From an uncultured Bacteriovorax sp. (GTDB taxonomy: Bacteria; Bdellovibrionota; Bacteriovoracia; Bacteriovoracales; Bacteriovoracaceae), in the NCBI GenBank assembly GCA_964459395.1, contig CAYWMU010000001.1, forward strand, positions 1 to 55,879: 55,879 nt of DNA, read 5' to 3'. This document shows, piece after piece, positions 9,790-18,786 of the stretch (position 1 is its first letter; each line of letters opens with the position of its first letter). The position numbers were made by a program, and so were the translations under genes. The notes under the pieces were generated by a model, which saw only the letters and a list, made by a program, of their open reading frames with translations, was not told where the DNA came from and searched no databases.

Positions 9790-10500
9790 TTAAAATTGAT
9801 AATTCAAACCAATTCCAAGGTCATAGCTATGATAAATCTTACTAGCAGTTGTAACCGGACTGCTTGATCCTCCAGACTGCTTTGATTTATCAGCTTTATA
9901 AATGAGACCTGTTACATCTATACGTACACTCCATTTCTCATCAAGATAGAAACGAAATCCCGTATTCCACATTGCTCCGAAAGTATTTTCACTTGTTAAT
10001 GTATTGCTATTGCTTGCGGCTGTATCAAACTTGTTTCTATTATCTAGAGTTTTGATATTGGCAGCACCTAGTCCGAACATCCAATCGAAATAAAAGATTT
10101 TATTAAATGTATTTATCTTTGAATAAAATGGTGACCACATAAACATGGCACCTGTATATGTATCAATCTTTCTATAGTAAGGAACTGTTCCCTGCTCTTT
10201 TACTGCTTTTGCGGTATCATTTTCCTCACCGCTATTTTTTCCAAAAACAAGTTCAAGACCCCAATCTTCTTTAAAGAAGTATCCTGCACGTAATGTTCCA
10301 CCATACGAGTCGATAAAAGCTCCGCTTAAAGTCATCGCTCCTGTCGCACCAACATAAAATTCTTTATCTTTTTTAAAGCGGCGATTCTGTAGCACATAGA
10401 TTTCTTTGTCTTTATCGAGCCAAGAAAAATCATATAAAGATGACTCAACCGCTAGAGCAGGTAGGGTGAAAAAAGTAAGCAAGAATAAAGCAAGTTTCAT
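9790..10500 (-). CDS. Outer-membrane beta-barrel, GltA/GltB family
   Basis: Signal peptide, YVLQNR.F.K motif, WSPFYSKI, amphipathic strands, C-terminal Phe; heads the glt cluster. Confidence 0.75.
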   Translation of the reverse strand: MKLALFLLTFFTLPALAVESSLYDFSWLDKDKEIYVLQNRRFKKDKEFYVGATGAMTLSGAFIDSYGGTLRAGYFFKEDWGLELVFGKNSGEENDTAKAVKEQGTVPYYRKIDTYTGAMFMWSPFYSKINTFNKIFYFDWMFGLGAANIKTLDNRNKFDTAASNSNTLTSENTFGAMWNTGFRFYLDEKWSVRIDVTGLIYKADKSKQSGGSSSPVTTASKIYHSYDLGIGLNYQF

Positions 10501-10539
10501 AAGATCTCTTCACTTGTTAGATTTAAACATATCCAACAA

Positions 10540-10567
10540 ATTTTAACACTTCTTGCTTTAGACGCAA
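10540..10567 (-). promoter_or_regulatory. Putative sigma70 promoter of the glt cluster
   Basis: TTGCGT-N16-TAAAAT with an extended -10 TG. Confidence 0.45.
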
Positions 10568-10576
10568 CTTACTGTT

Positions 10577-13500
10577 TTATTTAAGGCAAATATCACCATG
10601 AACACACCGACCACAATGATCAAGATTTCTTTCCCATGGTCTTGATTGTCTTTGCCAAAAATTAAAAAGCTCAGGGACTATTTCTGCAAAAGAGACTTTT
10701 TTACTTAGAGACTTTTGTTCATCCACAAAATATAGCTCAAGTTCGATACTATTATCTTTTGGAACTTGTTTAAGCTCATAAAGAGCATAAGCATAAATTT
10801 TTAGTTGTAACCAATAGGGAGCCAATTTCTCCGAGGTAATTCGTCCAGTTTTGAAATCCCATACTTGATAATTCCCTTCAGATTTTGGTTTAAGAATAAG
10901 ATCAGGGATCCCGGAGATAACATGGCCAAAAAATGAAAACTTTATGGGCACCTCGGAGATCAACTCATAATGGGTACTAAGTTCTTTGAGTCGATCAAGA
11001 GTCTGTGAAATTATTTTTTCATCAGGATGATTGATATACTCTCTACCTGGAACAAAGTTTTTAGCAAGGGCAACAGAAATCGCTTCATGAATATTCGTCC
11101 CTCTTTCAGCACTGGACTTTAAGATATTACTTAATTCATCTTCAGTATCTTCAGCCCCCTTATAACCAGTCTTATCCGTAAAAGTATTTAGTTTTAAAAC
11201 GTTTTCAAGATAGAATTTTCGTGGACACTCGAGTAATGAGTTAAGTCTAGTAACACTCAACTCTGGGACAATAACAAGTTCATTGCTATCACTAAGTTTA
11301 TTATGTATTCCAACATTATCATAATAAAACAATGGAAGTGTTGTTGAGATTTCCTCTTCTATGATTCCTTCATACTCTTTAGAGTCTAGTTTATTAACTC
11401 TTAAACTGTTATAAGAAGTTTTCCTCTGCCAATCATTGAATAGAGCTGACCAGGTATTTTCTTTAATTTTTGAATTGAGTTCACCAATATCGATGCTACA
11501 CCAAATAAGCTTTTCTACTGCTCGTGTACAGGCAACATAGAGTAATCTCTTCGACTCCGAATAGGCTTTATATTTATCAACCTCTCTATCGAGGTTATAA
11601 AAAGGAGTAACAACTTTTTCTTTTTCTTCAAAATTCTTAAACCAGTAGAAGGACTGAGGGTTATCCCCCATAAGATTACGGTTTGGGATGTCAGCAGCAT
11701 TTGTAAAAATCCCACCGATTATAACGTGATCAAACTCAAGTCCTTTGGAAGCATGAGCTGACATAATGACAACTTTATCTGAATGATCTCCCCATCTAAG
11801 ATCCATAGAGATTTTAGTACCAGCAATCTGTTTAAATCTACCAAAGATGGCAGAAAGATTTTGTTCATAAAGTAAGCAAAGAAGATCTATATAACTCAGA
11901 TTCAGATCAGCATTCTCATTTGTAACATGTAAGGAGAATAAGAATTTCTTGTACGCCTCCAAGATGCCAAAGAAGGATACATCCTTCTCAAACTTATGTA
12001 ATAAATCCACATGACAAACTGTTTTAACTCCTAAAACATGTAGATAATTATTAATAAGAGAAAGAGGAAAGACGTCTTTTGACTCCTCGTTTCGATCAAA
12101 TATTCTTTTTATCAATGTATAGAAAATTCCCAGAATAGGATCATCCATGAGCTCAATTTTAAACTGAGCGGTAAACCCAATTCTCTTATTCATCAAATGA
12201 CGGATTAAATCTGTGGATGGATCTAGCTTTTTATAAAGAATGGTATTCTGTTTATCTGGATACTGTCTTCGAAGCGTCTCAACTTGATCTGCAATCATTT
12301 TTGCTTCAACTGCATCTAACTGCGCATTTGATATTTTCTCAATATCCATATGAGATAGATCTAAGTCATTAATAATGATCTCGCCCACTCCATTATACTC
12401 AATAGGCGGGAGCGTTTGGGCCTTAAATTCAACCGTATAAGGATCATTGGAGGAAAAATTAAAGCCGATAGGAAGAATATGGTCAAACGCTGAGTTATTG
12501 GCCTCAACAATTTCAGCAAGAGACCTGTAATTATGGGATAGCTCTAGGTTTAAAGGAATCATATTCTCACAATCCTTAAAAACTGCTAACTCACCTCCTC
12601 TAAATCCATAGATTGCTTGCTTAGCATCTCCTACGCAAAAAAGTTTTTTGAAGTCGTTATTAATCAACTTTTTAATAATATCGAACTGCAAAAAAGATGT
12701 GTCTTGAAACTCATCAACAATGAAGTAGCCATAGTCATTATTGACTCTTGCCCGCATTTCATCGTTATCGAGACCTAATGATACATAGTAAGCGATGTCT
12801 CCAAAAGTAAACCCTTCATTAGGAGTTAACCTTGCATCTACATATTGATAAATCTCGTAAAGAACCTTGAACCACGGAATAATTTTGTCATCTCGATGTT
12901 CATAATAATCAGTAATGATTTCTGATAAATCCTTTACCCATTTCTTAAGCTTTTTATAAGCTTCGGAAACTTCTTCTAACTCTGGAGTTTTAATTTTGGC
13001 CGTAAGGGATGGCGCTCGTTGAGCACACTCATGCTGATAAAGACTAAGGGTATTCGTGCATTTAATTTCTGGTAATCCCATTCTTTGAAAACGCTCGACA
13101 AGGCCTTTCTCGTAGGCATTAGCATCTACGGGTATTTCATAATTTGCTAAAACACTTATGAGATCTTGGATATTATTAATTTTATAAAACGTTTGAATCA
13201 ACTCATTAATCTTCTCATCCGAAAAGCTATCTTCTGAGAAGAGCTTCCACTTCATCCGTTTAGAAGGATCATTAAAAATCCTACAAAAACTATTTCTAAT
13301 ATCATCTTTTGAACGAATTAACTGATCCCAGAATGGTGAGTTTGATCCACTGTTTTCAGCAAACCAAGCCTCTAGAATTCTTTCAACTTGCCTGGAACGT
13401 TGCTCATCAAAAATGATTTCTGCAGATGTCGATAAATGAGGAAAGTACCCTGAAGCGATTAGCTTTCTACAAAATCCATCGATAGTAGTCACTGTCATCC

Positions 13501-13822
13501 AGGTTAGGAATTCCCTTGCGGTTACCCATGCCTTATTTCCTGGATTCTCGTCAACTAACTCATCAAAACGTTTATAAAGTCTAAGCTTCATCTCGCCAGC
13601 AGCTTTATTAGTAAAAGTTGTCATAACAACTTTAGAGAAACGCTCCTTAATAAACTGTTCAAAGTTATCCTTATGTCCAGCTTCCCTAATCCATTCGGAA
13701 GTTAAGTAAGCTATATGCTCAACCAGTACGAAAGTCTTACCAGAGCCAGCTCCGGCCTTCAGAAGAACTCCACCTTGGTGTTCAATAGCAAGAAGTTGCT
13801 CTGAATTTGGGGCCCTACTCAT
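10577..13822 (-). CDS. addA: AddA-like UvrD-family helicase with C-terminal PD-(D/E)XK nuclease
   Basis: Walker A AGAGSGKT, TFTNKAA, DEFQDTS, VGDAKQAIYGFRG, HASKGLEF, YVACTRA; nuclease GIPD...DFKTG, QLKIY. Start set at ATG 13822 (SD AAGGA, ATGA overlap with the upstream gene). Confidence 0.85.
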   Translation of the reverse strand: MSRAPNSEQLLAIEHQGGVLLKAGAGSGKTFVLVEHIAYLTSEWIREAGHKDNFEQFIKERFSKVVMTTFTNKAAGEMKLRLYKRFDELVDENPGNKAWVTAREFLTWMTVTTIDGFCRKLIASGYFPHLSTSAEIIFDEQRSRQVERILEAWFAENSGSNSPFWDQLIRSKDDIRNSFCRIFNDPSKRMKWKLFSEDSFSDEKINELIQTFYKINNIQDLISVLANYEIPVDANAYEKGLVERFQRMGLPEIKCTNTLSLYQHECAQRAPSLTAKIKTPELEEVSEAYKKLKKWVKDLSEIITDYYEHRDDKIIPWFKVLYEIYQYVDARLTPNEGFTFGDIAYYVSLGLDNDEMRARVNNDYGYFIVDEFQDTSFLQFDIIKKLINNDFKKLFCVGDAKQAIYGFRGGELAVFKDCENMIPLNLELSHNYRSLAEIVEANNSAFDHILPIGFNFSSNDPYTVEFKAQTLPPIEYNGVGEIIINDLDLSHMDIEKISNAQLDAVEAKMIADQVETLRRQYPDKQNTILYKKLDPSTDLIRHLMNKRIGFTAQFKIELMDDPILGIFYTLIKRIFDRNEESKDVFPLSLINNYLHVLGVKTVCHVDLLHKFEKDVSFFGILEAYKKFLFSLHVTNENADLNLSYIDLLCLLYEQNLSAIFGRFKQIAGTKISMDLRWGDHSDKVVIMSAHASKGLEFDHVIIGGIFTNAADIPNRNLMGDNPQSFYWFKNFEEKEKVVTPFYNLDREVDKYKAYSESKRLLYVACTRAVEKLIWCSIDIGELNSKIKENTWSALFNDWQRKTSYNSLRVNKLDSKEYEGIIEEEISTTLPLFYYDNVGIHNKLSDSNELVIVPELSVTRLNSLLECPRKFYLENVLKLNTFTDKTGYKGAEDTEDELSNILKSSAERGTNIHEAISVALAKNFVPGREYINHPDEKIISQTLDRLKELSTHYELISEVPIKFSFFGHVISGIPDLILKPKSEGNYQVWDFKTGRITSEKLAPYWLQLKIYAYALYELKQVPKDNSIELELYFVDEQKSLSKKVSFAEIVPELFNFWQRQSRPWERNLDHCGRCVHGDICLK

Positions 13823-16155
13823 ATGGTACTTCCTTTCATACAAATTCGATTAAGGTCACAAAACATACAGACATTGGCGTTTGAAGGAATTGCTGCAAAA
13901 GTCTTATCGTTCTTAATGAGAGTCACCACTTCTTGAAGCTTATCTTTTACTGCTTCTAACGTCTCATCTAGTTCCACTTTAAAAGGATTCGCTGAGAAGA
14001 AGTCTTTGAAGTCCTTAGAAAGATTATCATCACTAAAAAGTAAAACACTCTTAGCTGGCTCATCTAAAACGATATAGCCCACAATCAGTGATTTCCCTTT
14101 AATATCAATACCCTTATTCTCTAAGCCCATCAAATAGGTCCAAAGCTGGATATCATCGATTGTTCTAATTTTACTCAATGTAGGCGTAGCTGAAGTAGTC
14201 GATTTGAAGTCCAATAGAATTAGGTAGTCTCCAACAATAGCGTAACAGTCTATCTGTCCTCTGAACTGATCACCACATTCAAAGGTAAACCGTTCCTCCA
14301 TCTTCCACTCAGGATTAACACCTAAAACAGTTTCAATTCTTTTAAGAGCGCTTAACCCATTGGACGATCTTAAAGTTAGTTGAATAAGATTTGTCTGATA
14401 TTCTTCATCTTTTAACTTTAGGTCTTTAACCTCTTCATCTAGAATAGTTCGAGCGAGAGAAGAAATATCTTCAACTTTATCTTTCACCGCTACTTCAATT
14501 ATCTTATGAGAGAGAGTCCCCTTTACTCTTGGATCAAGCTCTGTCGTTAAAACCACATCGGGAAATGTTTTTTCGATGTAGTTAAAATAAAACTTTCGAG
14601 GACATTCCAGATAGCTTCGTACCTTAGAAGCGGAGAAACTGCCTTCAAAAGGTATAAATTCTTTAGACGAATAAAAGTCCTCTATCTTTCTTTCGCTTCT
14701 TTCAATTCTGGAATCTTCCGATTCAACTTCTATTCCCTCTAAAATCTTACTCCAAGACAAACTGTGCTTTAATAAATCCTCTTGCATAAGGAGGAGAGAA
14801 TTATTTTGTTTAACAATTTCTTTCAGTTCCCATTTCTTATATTCCAAATCAAGTTCTGACCTCTTCAGTGGACCAAGAACAGAGAGGTGACTCATCATCT
14901 CTAGTGAATATCTCTGTCCCAAGCTAATCAACTCTCCGAAACGATCATCTAAGCAAAAAAGAACTCTTCTACTTGTATCCAAAGAAGAAAGGTCGTTGAA
15001 CGCTTTAAGATCAACCCTTTCTTCCCCACTACTAAGACTTGTGAAAGATGTTCTGGGTTGGTTCAGACTAACGACTTCTTTTAAAAGATAAATAAAAAAG
15101 TTATCAACATAAGGTTTGGAATCCGTAATATCATCCATGGAGTTCAGGGCTTCTTGAATGAGCTGAATAACTTTAATCATCTTAAAATTTTGTTCTTCCA
15201 CTGCAGCTTTCAAATCGCGCACTAACTTGCTTTCAAATTCCGCAAAACCCATTTCCTTCAATCCGTTAAAATAAGTTGTGATTTCATTTTTAACGAGTTG
15301 ATGTGGTATTTTAAAATGAGTTCCCCCAAAAGGAAGAAGATGAAGATGAGACTCTTCAATATTGTTAACTCCTAGAACCACCTGGTCATTATTTTTTATT
15401 GTTTGTTTTAGTTGGAATGATAATTCTCTAGAATTTGTTTTTCTCCATTTGAGTTTTAGATGAGCCTCTACTTTTTGATCGATACATATCCCTTCATTCA
15501 ATCCATCCGTTAGCCAAGAAGGCCAATCACTAGATTTAAGAGAGTTCTTAAGAGACATAGGAAATGGAATGATAACATCATCACGAATAGCAAGTGCTTT
15601 AAGAAAATCTACTTGTTGACCATTCAAATGTTGAAACCCCCAAAAAATAAAATGATTGCGATTCTCAACCAAATGTTCTCCTCGCAAACTTTGAGTTAAC
15701 TCAGCATAAGCTGAGTGCTCATCGTGAAAGCCAGTTGTTTCTAAAATACTCCAAAATAACTCAATGGCCTTTCTTACTTGCTGGTCTTGTTGCTCCAACA
15801 AAGTATTAAGAGCAAGCAAGTCCAGGGTAAAGCTACGAAGTTCAGAAAATAAGGTATAGGCGTTAGAAAATTGCTCAAAAGTAAGTTCAGGAAAATACGC
15901 AGGTCTTAACCAGCCAAAAATCAAATAAAGCTCTGACTTTCTTTTAAGATTTAGTTCAAGTTTCTTTTCCTTAATTAAGTCCGAAAGAAATTTATTGATC
16001 GTTAAAACGTCAGTGGATATTCCTCTATTTTGCAAATTAGTTCGAAGTCCATCCGCTTTACTGGGGCTCGGAGCTATGTATAAAGCCTTGGAATAATTAT
16101 CATTAATCCAAGGCCATAGGTTGGAAGAATCGTGGAAATAAACAAATTGCATCAT
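13819..16155 (-). CDS. addB: AddB-like protein with degenerate helicase N-terminus and PD-(D/E)XK Fe-S nuclease
   Basis: SASKVRSYLECPRKFY, RGQID...DFKS, QLWTY, CMFCDLNRIC; translationally coupled to the addA-like gene. Confidence 0.75.
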   Translation of the reverse strand: MMQFVYFHDSSNLWPWINDNYSKALYIAPSPSKADGLRTNLQNRGISTDVLTINKFLSDLIKEKKLELNLKRKSELYLIFGWLRPAYFPELTFEQFSNAYTLFSELRSFTLDLLALNTLLEQQDQQVRKAIELFWSILETTGFHDEHSAYAELTQSLRGEHLVENRNHFIFWGFQHLNGQQVDFLKALAIRDDVIIPFPMSLKNSLKSSDWPSWLTDGLNEGICIDQKVEAHLKLKWRKTNSRELSFQLKQTIKNNDQVVLGVNNIEESHLHLLPFGGTHFKIPHQLVKNEITTYFNGLKEMGFAEFESKLVRDLKAAVEEQNFKMIKVIQLIQEALNSMDDITDSKPYVDNFFIYLLKEVVSLNQPRTSFTSLSSGEERVDLKAFNDLSSLDTSRRVLFCLDDRFGELISLGQRYSLEMMSHLSVLGPLKRSELDLEYKKWELKEIVKQNNSLLLMQEDLLKHSLSWSKILEGIEVESEDSRIERSERKIEDFYSSKEFIPFEGSFSASKVRSYLECPRKFYFNYIEKTFPDVVLTTELDPRVKGTLSHKIIEVAVKDKVEDISSLARTILDEEVKDLKLKDEEYQTNLIQLTLRSSNGLSALKRIETVLGVNPEWKMEERFTFECGDQFRGQIDCYAIVGDYLILLDFKSTTSATPTLSKIRTIDDIQLWTYLMGLENKGIDIKGKSLIVGYIVLDEPAKSVLLFSDDNLSKDFKDFFSANPFKVELDETLEAVKDKLQEVVTLIKNDKTFAAIPSNANVCMFCDLNRICMKGSTI

Positions 16156-16246
16156 AGTTTTTAAATTCTACCCAGAAGAAATAAGATTGGTTAACAAAAA
16201 ACTCCTCAAGGTATATAAATAACCCAAAATTCAGAAGGAGTACTCA

Positions 16247-17077
16247 ATGCTGGCAAATAGCAGACTTTATAGCTTTCTTGATCACAAGAATGGTTTCAAC
16301 ATTCACTTTCTTGAAGGACAAAAACTTATTCAAGACCTCGTCCTCATGCACCCTTTAAAAGGGACGGGATTTTCATATTTCAGAGATATAGTATTAGGTC
16401 TTATGCCTATTATCCACTTTCTCAAACCCCTTGAAAGTTTAGGGATCTACTTAGACTCCGAAGATCCATACTTCCGTCTAAAAATTGAAACGAATAATGC
16501 TGGTCACACTCGTATGCTCCTCTTACCTGATGACTTCAATAATTTTCCAATGGAAATTACTGGAGAGGTGAGAGTTTCAAAAATTGTTCAAAATAAGTCG
16601 CCCTACACTTCGGTCTTATCTCTAGATAAGTTAGCAACTAAGGAAGTAATCAATAGAATTCTAAGCGAATCTTACCAGGTTCCTTCTAAAGTTGAAGTTT
16701 CAGAAATAAGTGACCAATCTATTATGGTCACTAAACTTCCTGCTCTTAATGTTAATAAAGTACAGGATGATGAGATGTCTCTAAATGAGTACATCAAAAA
16801 AAACCATGTGAATTTTCATGACATTTTTGAACAGGCACCTAATGATATTGAAAAAATTGTTCAACTATTTGAAGCGCAAGGTTTAAGTTATCTAGCGAGT
16901 AAGCAAATTGACTTTTTTTGTCCTTGTTCAAAAGAAAGAATGATTAGCAATTTAAAAAATATGTATCACGGAAAAATTGAAGAACTAATGGCCGGAGATG
17001 CGCAGCTGGACATCAAGTGTGATTACTGTAATGCCCAGTATGTGATTCTAGAAAATGAATTAAAAGAACTCAATTAA
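16247..17077 (+). CDS. hslO: Hsp33 redox-regulated chaperone
   Basis: C-terminal FFCPCSKER...CDYC zinc motif, SYQVPS, 276 aa, SD AGGAG. Confidence 0.85.
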   Translation: MLANSRLYSFLDHKNGFNIHFLEGQKLIQDLVLMHPLKGTGFSYFRDIVLGLMPIIHFLKPLESLGIYLDSEDPYFRLKIETNNAGHTRMLLLPDDFNNFPMEITGEVRVSKIVQNKSPYTSVLSLDKLATKEVINRILSESYQVPSKVEVSEISDQSIMVTKLPALNVNKVQDDEMSLNEYIKKNHVNFHDIFEQAPNDIEKIVQLFEAQGLSYLASKQIDFFCPCSKERMISNLKNMYHGKIEELMAGDAQLDIKCDYCNAQYVILENELKELN

Positions 17078-18083
17078 AAGGGTTAATAAATTTAAATTCT
17101 AATCCCTGTTGCTTAGGCCCACTCAGAATTCTTTCAAAGAGATGGGCCTCTTCATAAATCCCACAAAAATTCTCTGCCCGAGCTCCTGAAGCAAGAACTA
17201 AATTTGTTAACTTCGTTCTATGTGGTTGTGCCTTATTTTGTTTCTCAAATTCATACCAAGGCTTTCCCTGATCTGGGAACTGCACAAATGTAGAGTTGGC
17301 CGTCGTAAGTAAGACTAAAACTTCGTGAGAATTTTTTGTCATCTTTAGCGCTTCACTATAAGAACGTTCAAGATCAACTAAGATGTTTCGAGCTTCCTTA
17401 TAATTCTTTTTATTTATGGCTTTTGCATAACTATTATCTCTCACGATAAAGAGATAACGGTGATGTGCCCGAGAGAGTTTATTATTTATCGCTCTGAAAT
17501 TATCGAAAATGGTAGAATTACAGCCCGTTCTACTACATGCTCGATCATATAAGACGTCTTGAGAGTTCAAAGGAATATCTTCACCGTAATGGAATTGAAG
17601 ATTAGGAGTTTTGGAATACTTCATCGACCAGAAATAAATATCTTTATAAAATCCTTCACTTTGCTCACAACCTTTATGTTTCAACAAAGAGTTAGGACCG
17701 TCTGCTCCGACTTCAAGAATCCCGCTATAGTAGTCACTCCCTTTAAGGTAAGCCCATATCGGTTTTAGAGAGACATCCTCACAACTATTCTTAATATTTT
17801 TCTTCCCAGTAATCTGCGCTAGAAAGCTTTCACTGGCAGCAGGTCTCAAATTATACAAGTCATAGGCCCAACTATTTCCCATGCATAATGATTCCTCAAA
17901 GGAAGTTCGTCTCTCGGCATTTTGATTAAATCGAAGAAGGGCCAATTGCTCTTCATCCAATCCTTCAACTTGAAACCAAATAATTCTAGTTGGTAAAATT
18001 CCAAATTCATGTTTTTGTAAGTTCAATGAACTAACTTGCGCACATCCGGATAAAAGAAATATAAGTAAAAAGGCAATTTTCAT
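17070..18083 (-). CDS. Lipoprotein with degenerate alkaline-phosphatase-like fold
   Basis: Lipobox LSGC. Segments RIIWFQVEGL, QITGKK, VLVLLTTANS and ASGARAENFCGIYE parallel the alkaline phosphatase core. Confidence 0.55.
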   Translation of the reverse strand: MKIAFLLIFLLSGCAQVSSLNLQKHEFGILPTRIIWFQVEGLDEEQLALLRFNQNAERRTSFEESLCMGNSWAYDLYNLRPAASESFLAQITGKKNIKNSCEDVSLKPIWAYLKGSDYYSGILEVGADGPNSLLKHKGCEQSEGFYKDIYFWSMKYSKTPNLQFHYGEDIPLNSQDVLYDRACSRTGCNSTIFDNFRAINNKLSRAHHRYLFIVRDNSYAKAINKKNYKEARNILVDLERSYSEALKMTKNSHEVLVLLTTANSTFVQFPDQGKPWYEFEKQNKAQPHRTKLTNLVLASGARAENFCGIYEEAHLFERILSGPKQQGLEFKFINPFN

Positions 18084-18679
18084 TCACTGACCTCTTGTTT
18101 TCTAAGTAAACTCTCGATGCAAAAAGTATTTTGAAAAATACTAAAATAGAATATTACGGCCAAGAGAAAAAGCTCTCCCCAAAAAAGTGACCAAAAACTA
18201 ACAATTATCGAAATAAAAAGGAAAAGATACATTTTTACTAACGTTCTACGCTGTTGGCGATGTCCCTTCATCATGAGAACCATAATTAGAGTGAGAATAA
18301 ACAATACCAGAGTAATTTGATTGACCCATTGCCCTCCCCACGACATCACCACGAGGGCCAGAAGAATGGGAATACGAGTAAGTGTCTTGTGAAGATTGTA
18401 ATTTCTCCCTCCAACAAGCATTACCAGTTGGATCAAAATAGAGCTTGCAAAAATGACCATCGGTATAACGTGGAATCTTTGCCAGTCCCAAGCATCAATC
18501 ACGCCTAAGTCAAACCAAGAAAGCATAAGGGAATAGGCCATCAAACTACCGCTCGATAGGTGGGAAATTACTTTAAAGCCTTCGTTTGATATGCCGAACA
18601 CTCTTAATTGTTTTAAAAATACAAATATTGAGCAGAAACTCAAAACTAGATGCAATCCAGTAAGGAAAGAACTATCCAT
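18080..18679 (-). CDS. Hypothetical multi-pass membrane protein
   Basis: About 6-7 hydrophobic segments. Start placed at ATG 18679 because a TATAAT at 18716-18711 lies just inside the longer 18721 ORF. Confidence 0.7.
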   Translation of the reverse strand: MDSSFLTGLHLVLSFCSIFVFLKQLRVFGISNEGFKVISHLSSGSLMAYSLMLSWFDLGVIDAWDWQRFHVIPMVIFASSILIQLVMLVGGRNYNLHKTLTRIPILLALVVMSWGGQWVNQITLVLFILTLIMVLMMKGHRQQRRTLVKMYLFLFISIIVSFWSLFWGELFLLAVIFYFSIFQNTFCIESLLRKQEVSE

Positions 18680-18786
18680 GATGCCATCCAATAGATAAAA
18701 TAATACTCTGATTATAAACATTTTTAGACAAATGTCTTAGACTATTAGACTTAAATGAATTCGCATGTGGCTTTTAAGGAGGGCGA

